Under the pieces are notes generated by a model, which did no database searches, had not been told where the DNA came from, and worked only from the letters and a program-made list of their open reading frames with translations. From assembly GCF_006345805.1 (NCBI RefSeq), contig NC_043012.1, forward strand, positions 16,306,001 to 16,370,000: a DNA stretch of 64,000 bases, read 5' to 3'. Of the stretch, positions 39,335 through 52,782 are shown one piece after another. The DNA is from Octopus sinensis. Lineage: Eukaryota. A program made the translations under genes and the position numbers. Position 1 is the stretch's first letter, and each line of letters begins with the position of its first letter.

Positions 39335-39775
39335 AGTAGTAGTAGTAGTAGTAGTAGTCGTGGTAGTAGTTGCTTGGTGGTGGTGGTAGTTGTGGTGGTG
39401 GTAGTAGTAGTGGTGGTGGTGGTGGTGGTAGTAGCAGTAGTAGTTGTAGTTGTAGTAGTGAAAGCGCGTGGCTTGGTGGTTAGGGTAATCGATTCACTAT
39501 CGTAAGGTCGTGAGTTCGATTTCCGGCGATGCGTTGTGTCCTTGAGCAAGACACTTTATTTCTCTTTGCTCCAGTTCCACTCAGCTGGCAAAAATGAGTT
39601 GTACCCGTAATTCAAAAGGTCCAGCCTTGTCAAATTCTTTGTCAGGCTGATTCTCCCTAAGAACTAAGTTAAGGGTACACGTGTCTCTGGAATACTCAGC
39701 CACATGGACGTTAATTTCGCGAGCAGGCTGTTCCGTTGGAACCCTCGTCGCCGTGACCGACAGAGTGTCAGTAAT

Positions 39776-39843
<68 letters not shown>

Positions 39844-39870
39844 GTCGTGGTGGTGGTGGTGGTGGTGGAA
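39335..39870. repeat. (TAG)n/(TGG)n/(CAG)n triplet tracts flanking a SINE
   Basis: Direct reading. Confidence 0.85.
39460..39770 (+). mobile_element. tRNA-derived CORE-like SINE, family D
   Basis: A box TGGCTTGGTGG, B box GAGTTCGATTTCC, TGTGTCCTTGAGCAAGACACT; second copy at 50841-51159 on the - strand. Confidence 0.75.
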
Positions 39871-39987
39871 GATGAGGAGGTGGAGAATGGAGTTATAATG
39901 GAAGATGGTGGAAATTCTAATGATGTTCTAACAGTATTTCACACGATATATTGATGACGTAATTTTATGTGTGTGTGTGCGTGTGCA

Positions 39988-40018
<31 letters not shown>

Positions 40019-40539
40019 GAGTGTGTGTGTGTGTATTTAAAATAAATAATATCAAATGCAGAGATGAAGTGATATCATAATGATAGCATAACATAATGAT
40101 AGCAATATATATCATTCATTTATTTATTTATTTTATTTTATTTTATTTTTTTCAGAAAAAGTACAAATAATAATAATATGGAAACGTGCAAAGCAAGATA
40201 AAATGTTATACTGACAACAACAGTGGCAACAACAACGACAACGACAACGGCTAAATTATTTATGAAAAACATGTCAACAGAATCTGAAATTAAATGAACA
40301 TGATAGCGTTGATATTTTGATGTTGCTAGCAATGGTGACGGCAATGGTGGTGGTGGTGGTGCTGCTGCTGCTGTTGTTGTTGTTGTTGTTGTTGTAAACA
40401 GTTTCATGGCGCAGCAGCATGAAATGTTCAGACGTGACAAACTTTTGTGATATTGACACGGATTCTCGCGGAGAATCATGTCGAAGGCCCAGCGATAACA
40501 AGAGAAATATGCATTAACAGGATCATCAGAATCGTCGTT

Positions 40540-40571
<32 letters not shown>

Positions 40572-40832
40572 TATCATCATCATCGTCATTATTATCGTCG
40601 TTGTCGTCGTCGTCGTCATCATCATCATCATCATCACAAAACTCACTGAATGTAGTAGGCCGTTCCCATCGATATAAGTGTAAGTCGACTGGACAACTGA
40701 CTGTTATAAACACTCATGCAAAACACGAGCTTGTGCACACAATTGCATCTGTGCATACCACTCACAGAACTGTAGGTCTTGCAATTCTGCATTTACATAT
40801 CTGACCCCCTATCTATCTGTCTGTCTGTCTCT

Positions 40833-42481
40833 CCGGCGACACTGAGGGGCATCCTGTAAGAACTGGGATGCGGAGGGAGCGTTTCTGCATACGCGGACGA
40901 CGTCACTGTGATAGTGTCGAGCCACAGGCATATCGACCTGGTCAGCGAGACACTAAAAGAATACGAAACGGTAACGGAAGTGAAAATTAACCGGAAAAAG
41001 TCAGTTCAACAGCGTCTCCATCGTGGGACGCTGGACCGACAGACTGGTTAAATTGTTCAAGGTCTGGTTCGGTCCAGACCTCCAAATGGAGAAGATCTGG
41101 GACGAGATAACGAGTAGGGTGGCCACTCGCTCCAAACAATGGGCCGAGAGGAAGCTATCCCTAAAAGATCGGGTGGAGGTGGCGAACGCGTACATCGCAT
41201 TCGTCATCGATTACCGTCTGACCGTCGTGCCTTGTCCCGACCCTACCATCAGCAAACTGGAACACATACTTTTCTGCTTTTTGTGGAAGGGAAGCGTTGC
41301 GATGTTAAAACGTTCCATTTAATGTCAACACCCGCTAAATGGAGGGCTGGACATGCCGTGGTTGATGATGCACAGACATGCGCTGAGACTGTGACATCTC
41401 CAGCGCTTCATAGACGACGGTGAACAGGTGTGGTCACCGTTTGTGAGGCGCACTTTCCCGCAGCTTATCGCTTTGGCCGAACTTCAGTTGTGGATCAAAC
41501 AGAGACCGAGGCTAGGTGAATGGTACCGCGAGTACTGCCTTGCTCTCAAGCATCTCTGCCGTCCGGGACCAAACTTGTGCGACTTCAGTTCCACGAAGGC
41601 GTTCTATAGAGGATTAATATAGGGGCGGTGCGACGACGTTCTCGGGCAGAATCTAGGTGTCGACGAGGAACACCTGACTCACCTGTTCGGGACAACTTTC
41701 GAGTCGGGACTTATGGACAATCACCAGAGATACTGGCATGGCAGTGCTATCGGGAAGCATTACCAGCTCAGGATAAGTTCTACAAGCACGGTTCTAGATA
41801 CACCGGACCGTTTGCCTGAGATGCGGTTAGAGCGACGAAACCGTTCTACACGCACTCGGGCAGCGTCCAACCATTTCGGACTTGTGGGCTCATGCCAAAT
41901 GGCTGCTGTCATGTGTGGTACGAATTTGGTTGTCGGCCGAGTCTATCGTGAAAATTGTCCCGCCACCTTCCTTTAACCGGGAAGGCAAGGCAGTCTTCAT
42001 CGTACTGGTGACCATGGTGAAAGAATGTGCGTGTTTAGAGACAAACACACTTCCTTCTCTAGCCAATCGCTCATCAATTTTTTGCAATACCACTTGCAAA
42101 AGGAGGTGAGAATTGAGAGGCAAGTTTTGTCTCATGAAAGATTCAATAAAAGATGGGTGAATGTAGTAAAGATGGTACTCGCGAATGACGAAACCACTTT
42201 AAGCATGATCCTATAAATCCAAAAAAGAGAGACAGCGCTTTGCTCTCATGTGTTTTTCCCTCCCTGTCTGAGGTTACTGTGGTCTTTTTTGTAGGTTTTT
42301 CTTTCCACGGATAAACCTAATTTGTTTTTTACATTTTTACTCTGCTCTGTGATACATGAACCCTCTTGATCGGAATTTTTTCCTCCTATTTTTCTATTTA
42401 CCTTTTTTTTTCTTTCGAAATAAATGCTCTACATTGTATTTGTCCCCTCTGTGTTCGGTGTTGTGTGGTTAATAAGGAAAG
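40833..42481 (+). mobile_element. Tx1 LINE copy 3, 5'-truncated just upstream of YADD, decayed
   Basis: GCATACGCGGACGAC (AYADD) at ~40886; collinear with copy 1 to the 3' UTR; preceded by CTATCTATCTGTCTGTCTGTCT at 40809-40830. Confidence 0.9.
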
Positions 42482-42574
42482 ATATCTATCTATCTTTCTA
42501 TCTATCGATCGACTGATCAATCTATCTAACTATCTGTCTATCTGTCTGTCTGTCCGTCTGTCTATCTGTCTATC

Positions 42575-42655
<81 letters not shown>
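42482..42655. repeat. (TATC)n tract between Tx1 copies 3 and 4
   Basis: Direct reading. Confidence 0.95.
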
Positions 42656-42656
<1 letters not shown>

Positions 42657-42879
42657 ACTCTCACAATGGACGGACGCTAGTCATATCGGCTCCACGTAAG
42701 TTGGCCACTTTTACATGTTTAAAACTCCTTGTTGTCAAATATTTTGTTTTAATCGTTGTGCAAGTTCATTCACTAAAAAACCTGAGAATTATTCACGTAG
42801 AATTCCGCCCCTGTATGGGCGAAATTACAAAAAAACTTTCAAAACTTTCGTGGGTTTTTTAGCCATTTTCATTTTGAAA

Positions 42880-44794
42880 ATGGCAACTAGAAACCACGTG
42901 GCTTGCCCGCCAGTCATGCAGAACGGTAGCAAAACACTATTGCTACCACTAGCTGCTAAACATCGCAGCGTGAACACCGCTGTCACCACCATCACCACCA
43001 CCAACAACAACAACAAATCTAACGTCGCATTCACCATCGCCGCGACCAAAGACATTAACTTAGATTTCCCCTCACTCCCCACACCACTTGTTGATGATAA
43101 AGGGACAGAGAAAGGGATTTCAAAAATGAATACAAACGAAAACATGAATGCCAGCACCACCACCATCACCACCAACAACAACAACGAAATTGGCACAAAG
43201 CCGCCTACCAAAGACAACACCGCCAACACCAACACCACTAACGTGACTTCAATTAACACTGCCACAATTAACACTTCTACTGCCAAATTCAAAACGAATT
43301 TTGCGGACGTAACAAAACAAAAAAGAACAATTGTAACATTCACCACACAAGAGATAAACCGCACAAAGGCACTCTTCTCCAAAGAAGGAGACAAATTGCA
43401 CCTTCATATTCCACAACACATCGTGGAAAACACACAAAAAAAAACAATAATTTATAAAGTAATAAACAAAAAAACAAGAAGAACAGAAAATGCACCGCAG
43501 GAAAAAATCGAAAATGCCTTCGTCCTGCATGGGACTCCAAGGAATATATCAGTTGGGGAAACAAATTTGGTACAGTCCAAGTACGTTTCCTCAACGAAAG
43601 TTTAGCAAAACGTTTTTCCACATTGGAGCTGCATTCGGACGACTTGGTAATGATACCAGTCTATTTAAACAAAAGGGTCACGAAAGTCCAAATAAAAAAC
43701 ATACCATTTGATGTCGAAACACAATGGTTGGTCTCTGCCATCTGCTTTGAAATGTCAGAGACAATGTCAGAGACAAACATCATGGAATCGCGGTTCTAGG
43801 AGAGAAAGACTATGTGGGCAAATCAATCGAATTCCTGCTTCAATTGGATGAAGCAGCAAGAGAGAAGATACCCACCGCTATAGAACTGCCAGGAGGCTAC
43901 AAACTCTATATAGTGGTAGAGGGCAGGCGACCACGCTGCTTTGTGTGGAAGCGAAACACACTTGAAAAAGACGTGCCCAACCACTGCACACCAAGAGCAA
44001 CAACAACAACCACTACCACAACCAAAGCACTCCGGAAAAAAAGCTCTACTACCCACACCACCATCACACAGAAGACGACAAGAGAAGCACACCAAGCTAA
44101 TCCGTCATCAACCAAAAACCACTCGACACCTGAAAAAATACCAACACCCCATCAACAGCAAAACCCAAAGGAACAGAAAAACAAAGAAAACACACACAAA
44201 CTGATCCCCCATCCCTTATACCGCACTCAACACACACAAACACTCAACAACCAACAACAACGAAAACAACAACACAACCACTTACACAGACATACATAGA
44301 AGCCCACAACATACCCCTACCCCCTTCTGATTCCTCAGAAATTTCGTCGGAAGACGAAACCAGTGAGGAATGGCAAATAGCTACAAAAAGAAGGAAAATA
44401 AAGAGCAGAAACACAACCAAACCAAATGCAAACACGAACAAAGCAGGGGGAAACACATCCCCGAAGACATTTCAAAACCCAACGCAAACAACAGCCACAC
44501 CAACACCACAAAAACATATACAGCAAACATGCTCACAGCCATAGACACCAAAAACACAAATTTGATGGAATACATCCAATCAAAAACAAACATAACAGAA
44601 GATGACATAAAAACAAACACCACCAGACCACATCAAAATATTACACATCTCCAAAAGTCTGCACCACACACTCAAAGGCATTTTCCCCAGTGCGGTTGGT
44701 AAATGCCAAAAATATCTCACAAAGAAACTGTACTGGGATCTTCTCGAGGACAAACCAACGGAGGAGAAAGCAAAAACTTTCGAGCAGTAAGTAA
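42880..44794 (+). pseudogene. Tx1 ORF1, frameshifted
   Basis: MATRNHV...; YIVVEGRRPRCFV/CGSETHLKKTC knuckle split by an indel. Confidence 0.7.
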
Positions 44795-44821
44795 CCCTCT
44801 GTATTCTAATTCATTAGAACT

Positions 44822-47800
44822 ATGATCAAGATTGGTTGTGTAAATGCGCGTGGCTTGGGGTCCCCTTGGAAACAAGGGTACCTCTTAAATGACATAAAGT
44901 CACATAAGTTAGAAATCATAGCCATAAGCGAGACCAGACTCCACAATCCGCGGGCCCTAAAGACCATGTTTGGCGGACAGTTCAACATTTATTTTTCCCC
45001 CTGTCTGCCGAGAATGGGCGGTAGTGGCACCGCGGTACTTTTTCACAAGAGTCTGGATCTCAATGTAAGGACAATATTCGTAGACCCGGAGGGTAGACTG
45101 GTCGTCCTGGATGTCGACGGCAGCAATGGGTGCGCTTTTCGACTCGTATCAGTTTACGCACCGCCCTTAACAGGTCGGGCGGATTTCTTTCAACGTCTAG
45201 AAGTTTTCTTGGGAACGTCTCGTCCTTTACTCTTAGTGGGGGATTGGAATGCTACCTTGGACACGCATGTAGACTACGTGGGTAGAGATAGGAATAGACG
45301 GGGATGCAAATGCCTCAGAGACCTGCTCAGACGCTTTCAACTGTCTGACAGGTTCCGACTAGACCACCCGAATGCGCCAACGTGGACATGGAGCAACCGC
45401 ATCGGGTCGTCGAGATCGTATCTAGATAGGATACTGTGTAGGACAGTAGATAGAGATAGCATAGGATGTCCACAATTCCACATAGTCAGCTACACGGATC
45501 ACAAACTTGTGACATGTACGCTAGACTTAGGTAAGACACTTAGGCAGGGTCCCGGATACTGGAAACTAAACGCGTCTTTCCCATCGAGACAAGTTTTCAG
45601 AGACCGGATTAGCACACTAGTAAAGAGGGCTTTGACGGGAGCCATCATCAACAACAAATGGTGGTTTGCCCTCAAGAGAGCAGTAAAAGCAGAAGCGATT
45701 AGGTACAGCAAAGCACTAGCCATAGATAGAAATAGAGTAGAGGGTGAGCTAGTTAAGAAGCTAGAAGAGGCAATTAGAAGCGGCATCGCATCCGACGTTT
45801 TGGCGGCGAGGTTGGCCCTCGACCAACACTTCAACGCCAAACACGAAGGATGTGCTGTCAGAGCTAGGATGCGTGCTCTAAGGAACGAAGGTGTTGTGGA
45901 GCCGCGAGAGAGGCCCGGGTGGCAGAGGCGCAACAGGGCAACAAAGCCACCATTCGGTCACTGGTAGATGAACAGGGGCGCGAATTGCTCGAGCCAAGTA
46001 AAATGTGTGAGGCCTTTCAGCAGCATTTGCCCGACTGTTCGGAACGAGTGGAGGGCAAGAACGTAGGGTGGACTTCAGTGCCTACCTACATAGCCTACCA
46101 CGACTCTCGACAAGAAAGGCAGGGTGCTGCGAAGGTGCCATCACGGCGGCGGAAGTGCGGAAGCGATGGCAGAATGCTCGAGGGACAACATCATCCGGGT
46201 TTGGATGGTCTACCCTACGAGCTTTACAATTGTATGCCAGACTTGTTTGGAGATCTCTTGGCGGCGGTGTACTGCAACTGGCAGCAAAACGGGAGCATTC
46301 CTGGTTTTGTGAGCCGAGGAGCCGTAACACTGCTGAAGAAAGATCTAAACAAGGGAAATGTAATAGATAACTTTAGGCCCATCACTCTGCTTAATGCAGA
46401 CTTGAAAATTTTGGCCAAGGTGCTAGCCAAGAGGTTGGCGCTTGTCATCGAGAAACTGGTCGACAAGGCGCAAACATGCGCCGTGCCAGGCCGGACCATC
46501 CATGACAACCTCCATCTGATGCGCTACATCATAGACAGGGTAGTTAACGAACCTGGCATGGGTGGAGCCCTGATCAACTTGGATCAATCGAAAGCCTTTG
46601 ATAGGGGACCATCGATACTTGGAGGCAGTCCTGAGAGCGGCTGGTTTCGGGCCCGTCTTCCGCGGCTGGATAGCTGCCTTGTACAGAGGCATCCGTTCGG
46701 TAATTCGCGTAAATGGACATCTATCGAGACCTTTCGACATTGCACGTTCGGTCCGTCAGGGATGCCCCCTCTCGGGACGAGCGTGTCTGCATACGCGGAC
46801 GACGTCACCGTCATAGGGTCTAGCCCGAGCACATCGAGCTGGGGCGAGACATGAAAAACTACGAAAGTCGTAGAAATACGAAGCGGTGACAGGAGCGAAA
46901 ATCAACCGGGAAAAGTCAGTGGGCTTGCGACTAGGCACCTGGAGAAGCAAGCCCATGCCGTCCACCAGCGCCTCCGTCGTGGGACGCTGGACCGACGGCC
47001 CGGTTGAGTTGCTCGGGGTCTGGTTTGGTCCGGACCTCCAAGTGGAGAAGAACTGGAATCGGAAGACGAGTGAGAAGGAGTGGTGAGGTACGAGTATGGT
47101 CATTCGCCCGGCAATGGGCCGAGAGGAAAACTGTCCCTAAAAGGTCGAGCGGAGGTGGCGAACACGTACATCGCGTCCGTCATACTACCGCCTGACCGTC
47201 GTGCCTTGTCCCGACCCTGCCATCACCAAACTACAACGCATCCTCTTTCGCTTCTTGTGGAAAGGATGCGTCCCGATGGTCAGGCGATCCATTTGCTGTC
47301 AACACCCGTTAAAAGGAGGACTGGGCATGCCGTGGTTGATGATGCACAGACACGCGCTGAGACTGCGACATCTCTGGCTCTATGTAGACGACGGTGAACA
47401 GGTGTGGTCGCCGTTTGTGAGGCACGCTTTCCCGCAGCTCGTCTCCATGACCGAACTGCAGTCGTGGATCAAAAAGAGGCCGAGGAAGGGCGAATGGCAC
47501 CGCGAGTGTCGCGTGCTCTCATTTGTTGCTCTCAAGCAACTCTGCCGTCTGGGTTCGACCTTAGTGATTTCAACAAAACCAAAGCATTCTATAGGGGTTA
47601 GTGGAGGGGAGGTACGACGACGAGCTCGGGGCGAACCTGGACGTCGACGAGGAGTACCTGACCCGCTGTTCGGGACGACTCGGGCCAGGGCCCATGGACA
47701 ACTTCCAGAGATATGGCTGGCAGTGCTACCGAGAAGAAGCGCTACCCGTTCGGGATTAAGCTCTCTACAGAACAGGAAGAAGAGACAACTAGGCGCGACA

Positions 47801-48272
47801 CCACTGCGGCTGAGATGAGACGACCGAACTACAGCGGTAAACTCTGCGACGAATACCGTATGCGTGACGACGAAACCGTCTCGTTCAGCACTCGTTCAGT
47901 CCAACAATTTCCGACCTGTGGGCTTATGTGAACAACTGCCTGTCACGTGTGGGACGAGTCGGTTTTATCAACTGAGTCTATCGTCAATATTGTCAGGCCT
48001 CTCTTCCTTCAAACGGGCGGAAGAAGGAAGAGCTATTTATCATCCTTGTGGCTATGGCGAAGATGATCTGTGGACGCGTCTGAAAGGATTGGAGACAAAC
48101 ACTTTCCTCTCTGGTCAATCTCTCATCAACTTCTTCAAGTACCCTTGAAAAGGAAAGTGAGAGTAGTAGAGAGGCAAGTTTTGTCTAGCGAATGTTTGTA
48201 AAAAAAGATGGGTGAATGTAGCAAGAATGGCACGTATGAATGACGAAGCACCCTTGAGCATAGTCCTATGAA
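44822..48272 (+). pseudogene. Tx1 ORF2 (APE + RT): open for 381 aa, then many frameshifts
   Basis: MIKIGCVNARGL...ISETRL...VGDWN...TDHK; FRPITLLN, LDQSKAFD, RQGCPLS, AYADD in shifting frames. Confidence 0.88.
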
Positions 48273-48645
48273 CCAGAATCGAAAACAGAGAGTTGCTTAT
48301 TTGCAAAAAAAAAAAAAAAAAAAAAAAAAAGAAATATAAATGTGACTTCATTGACCGAGGTTACCGTGGTCTTTTCCGTAGGCTTTTCTTCCACGGGGTA
48401 AACCTCACCTGTCCTCCCTTTACACTTCATATTGACATTTCTGTGTGATAACGATCCCTATTGATCAATTTTTTTTCCTCTCCTCCTTTTTTTTTTAACC
48501 CCCCTTTTTTTGTCCTCTTTCTCTCCTTTACGATCCCTTTGATCGAAACTCCCCCTTCCTTTTTTTTTTTTTAAACCTCAAAAGAAAAGCTGTACCTTGT
48601 AATTTGTTCTATCTGTGTGCAGCCCTGTGTGGCTAATAAAGAAAC

Positions 48646-48845
48646 ATATCTATCTATCTATCTATATATCGATATATCTATCTATCTGTCTATCTATCGG
48701 TCTGTCTGTCCACCTATCTATCTGTCTATCTGTCTGTATGTTTATCTATCTATAACTCCTTCTGTCTGCCTATCTATCTATCTATTTGTCTATATATCTG
48801 TCTATCTGCCCATTTATCTATCTATCAATCTTTCTATCTATTTAT
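48646..48845. repeat. Degenerate (TATC)n/(TGTC)n tract, 3' flank of Tx1 copy 4
   Basis: Direct reading. Confidence 0.9.
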
Positions 48846-48998
48846 GTGTGATGTACGGGAACGTGAAATTCTGAGTCAGATTTTTGTGATGTCTTTGCAG
48901 CTTTAATAAAAAAGTATATTATTCTACCTTCGGTATTCGAGTACTATTTTCCTCCACCTCGGTTTGTATTTATGTGCTTACTCGTGTGTGTGTGTATA

Positions 48999-49029
<31 letters not shown>

Positions 49030-49124
49030 CATATATGATATATATGTATGTATGTGTGTAGGTATGTATGTATGTATGTATGTATGTATGTATGTATGTA
49101 TGTATGTATGTATATATGTATATA

Positions 49125-49181
<57 letters not shown>

Positions 49182-49574
49182 ATATATATATTCCTCTCTC
49201 AGATTTACTCACTTATTGCAGCAGTGCTTCACTTTTTCTAAAGCCTCTAAAACAACTCAGAAGGTTCGGTCTCCAACCAGGTCTTTCTCGATGCCCTTAA
49301 AGCCAGGAACTTTTTCTGCACCCCATCATATATGCATGCACACGTACGCACACACACACACACACAACACACAAAACACATACACAAATACACACACCTG
49401 TACGAATGAGTGACAAACGAAAGAAATGGCACTCGTCCCTAGATGCCTGACGAGATAGGTTCGTTCAAGAGCCTGCATCGAGCTGAGTCAAATTGTTTTT
49501 AAATTACATATACGCTGTAGGATGTAGGTTTCTGCACTATTTCCATCTACCACACTTCATTTTCAGTGTATTGG

Positions 49575-49760
49575 GTCGACAAGGCGCCAAGCTGGCAGAA
49601 ATGTTAGCACGCCGGGCAAAATGTTTAGCAGTAATTCGTCTGTCTTTACGTTCTGAGTTCGACTTTGCCTTTCATCCTTTCGGAGTCGATAAATTAAGTA
49701 CTAGTTGCGTACTGGGGTCGATCTAATTTCGGGCCTTGTGCCTAGAGTAGAAAAGAAAAA
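49575..49760 (+). mobile_element. SINE family B-related copy with alternative tail (...GGGCCTTGTGCCTAGAGTAGAAAAG)
   Basis: Head AAGCTGGCAGAAATGTTAGCACGCCGGGC and the central domain. Confidence 0.75.
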
Positions 49761-50014
49761 AAAAAGCGAAAAAAAGACTGTATTGGGTCAGCTTTAAGTT
49801 ATGGGAGAAGACGATTGCCCGAGGCTCCATGCAATGAAATCGAACTCAGATCTACGTTTACGCGATTTAAACTTCCTGATACCATATCTTTACTTACATC
49901 TGATGATAAATAAATATATTTATCAATCAAATATTTAGTGATCGAAATCGATTCAGTCGAATATATCCTATAATGTGGTCTTGAATCGATTCCAAAGAGA
50001 AAAGCATCGCCAGC

Positions 50015-50075
<61 letters not shown>

Positions 50076-50329
50076 ATGGTGGTGGTGGTGGTGGTGGTGG
50101 TGGTGGTGTATTCATTTTCATTTTTATTGTTATTTTTGTGGCGTTTTTGTTTTTCTCCGTTAATTATGAATCTAATCATGAATATTAAACATGTTTTGTA
50201 AATAGTATTTACATATCTGGGGCTGAAAGATACAAAAAAAAAAAAAAAAGAAAAGACAAAGATAACGAAAAGAACAAAGACGGAAGCGAAAACGAAAAGC
50301 CTTTACAATATCATTTACATATTATTTGA

Positions 50330-50529
50330 GAGGAGAAGAGGAAGGAAGGAAGGAAGGAAGGAAGGAAGGAAGGAAGGAAAAAAGAAAGAAAGAAAGGAAA
50401 AAGAAGAAAGAAAGGAAAAGAATAAGGAAAGAGAAGGAAAAGAAAGAAAGAAGAAAAGAGAAAGAAGAAGGAAAGAGGAGTGATAAAAAAAAGAAAAAAA
50501 GAAAGGAAGAAAGAAAGAAAGAAAGAAAA

Positions 50530-50581
<52 letters not shown>

Positions 50582-50620
50582 GAAAGAAGAAAGAAAAAAA
50601 GATTGACAGAAACTGCACCA
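50330..50620. repeat. Polypurine (GGAA)n/(GAAA)n tract
   Basis: Direct reading; a similar tract lies at 60780-60910. Confidence 0.95.
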
Positions 50621-50840
50621 AGATTTGGGGTGAACTGTCCAGTTCTCTGCTATAAACCAAATCGGAGAGAGAAAAGAAGAGACATGGTAAGTGAGAAAGT
50701 GCGTGCAAGAGAGAGAGAGAGACAGAGAGACAGAGAGAAGGAGAGAGACAGGCAGACAGAGAGGGAGAGAGATATGAAGGATTGTAGAAGTAGAAAAAAT
50801 AAAAGTAGAGAGGGGGGGACGGGTTAAGGTTAAAAAAAAA

Positions 50841-51159
50841 GACCGGTGTTCCGTCGTTTTCGACGATGACGTTTCCAGTTGATCCGATCAACGGAACAGC
50901 CTATTCGCGAAATTAACTTGCCAGCGGCTGAGCACTCTACAGACACGTGTACCCTTAATGTAATTCTCAGAAGACTCAGCGTAACACAGAATGTGACATG
51001 GCTGGCCCTTTGAAATACAGGTACAATTCATTTTTGCCAGTTGAGTGGACGGAGGCAACGTGAAATAAAGTATCTTGCTGAAAGACACAACGCACCACCG
51101 GGAATCGAACTCACAACCAATTCGATCCAAAGCTGAATGACCCTAACCACTAAGCTATG
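50841..51159 (-). mobile_element. SINE family D
   Basis: Reverse-complement homolog of 39460-39770. Confidence 0.75.
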
Positions 51160-51504
51160 TTTTTTCTATGGGTTAAGGTTAACCACAAACGATAAGATAT
51201 GTAAATATATGAATACGAAAGTGTGAATGTCAGGAAAGATAAAAACGTTTTGCCAATTAACATAAATCATTCTATTTTTTCATTTATTGCTTGTTGTTGC
51301 TGGTGTTGTCATTAATCTAAGAGATCAGTCCCCATTCTGTAGATCCATGAGCGAAGCTGTTTTCAGCCATGACCATCCCGCCTGGTACTGGTCTCTTAGA
51401 TTAATGACTCCACCAAACAAGAAATGAACAAATACAATGGTTTTTATACATTATTTACATTTGATGGATATTTGTCCTCATCTTGTTTGCAACTTTTTTT
51501 CTTT

Positions 51505-51678
51505 TTTAGAAGTGTTGAGACGTATTGAAATATACAGGTATGGGAATAATTTATTCTCAATCGCAGAATAATGCTGAACAGCATGAATAGGATAGAATAT
51601 CCTTATATTGAGGAAAAATTTGAGACTCGAACTCACATCTCTCTTATTACCGCTCAAGTGCTTTACCATTAAGCTAAA
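51505..51678 (-). mobile_element. tRNA-headed short repeat; partial duplicate at 51810-51895
   Basis: A-box-like TAGCTTAATGGTAA and B-box-like GAGTTCGAGTCTC; body TATTGAAATATACAG...TTATTCTCAA...ATAATGCTG repeated ~310 bp downstream. Confidence 0.5.
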
Positions 51679-51909
51679 CTATCCACTGACAAACTTCTCT
51701 GCAATTTTTGAACTTAAAAATTTAGCTTTATATATGTTGTAGCCGTTGTATGTGAAATTCAAATTACGATATTTGTAAACAAGCAAGGTTTGATTTTCGT
51801 TGTTTTAGAAGCGTGTGACCTGTATTGAAATATACAGATATCGAAAATATTTATTCTCAAACGCATAATAATGCTGGAACAGCAAGAATAGGATATATCT
51901 ATCTATATA

Positions 51910-51957
<48 letters not shown>

Positions 51958-51959
<2 letters not shown>

Positions 51960-52741
51960 TAAAAACGTAAGATAACAAAAGAAAGAAAGGGACCTCAATA
52001 TTATGTAAATAGAGGAAATTTATCTATAAAATAATATGTTACATTACTCGATAGTCAAGATAAAACTCTGAGTTTCAGATGCTGAAGTGGGAATCCACAA
52101 CGCCATATCTTCGGTTATCTGGCTATTTGAAAACGCTATGAAAAAATACCGTTATACAAAGGGAAATTACTGTATTATAACTCTGCTTGCCTGCGTACTT
52201 ATACATCGCTATGTAAACGTACACATCTTCACTCGCATTTTTCGCCATAAAAAATTATATAAAAATACATAAAAAATATATTAAAAATATATTAAAAATA
52301 TACATAAAATATATATAAAATATATGATAGAAGGTATGATGAGGTAAAAAAAACTTCTTGGGACACAACATAGAAAACATGTTCTATCTGTTTTCTTTAG
52401 GGGACCAAAAACATAACAGAAATTTAGTCACATGTGGGCATGATCCGAAAAGTCTGTCCTTGAGTTTAGACATGTAGTAGGGTCTAAGCTGCTTTTCCAG
52501 ATAAGCCATCTCTCCATGTCGCATAGACCGCACCTTCCGCTGCCGTTGGTATAGGGCTTACATTTGACCAAAATCTTCCAATGTATGTTATAATCGACAC
52601 CTTTATCTCTTAAAGACCAAATATGACTAGATAATTGTGTCGCTTTTCTTTTGTTCCAGTGCCTAAAGCTCAAAGTGTGGTTATTGAACCTGGCCTTGAA
52701 ATTATCCTCTGTAAGGCCCAAGTATTTTCGTCGAATATATA

Positions 52742-52782
<41 letters not shown>

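Larger units (their letters stand above)
42656..48645 (+). mobile_element. Tx1 LINE copy 4, full length (~6.0 kb), many indels
   Basis: 5' UTR, ORF1, ORF2 (APE/RT/CCHC) and 3' UTR homologous to copy 1; 3' 1.3 kb very close to copy 2. Confidence 0.92.

Noticed and set aside
49447-49490. CTGACGA followed by a possible stem II
   Set aside because: GAAA is replaced by GAGC and no stem I/III pairing was found; at best a dead remnant
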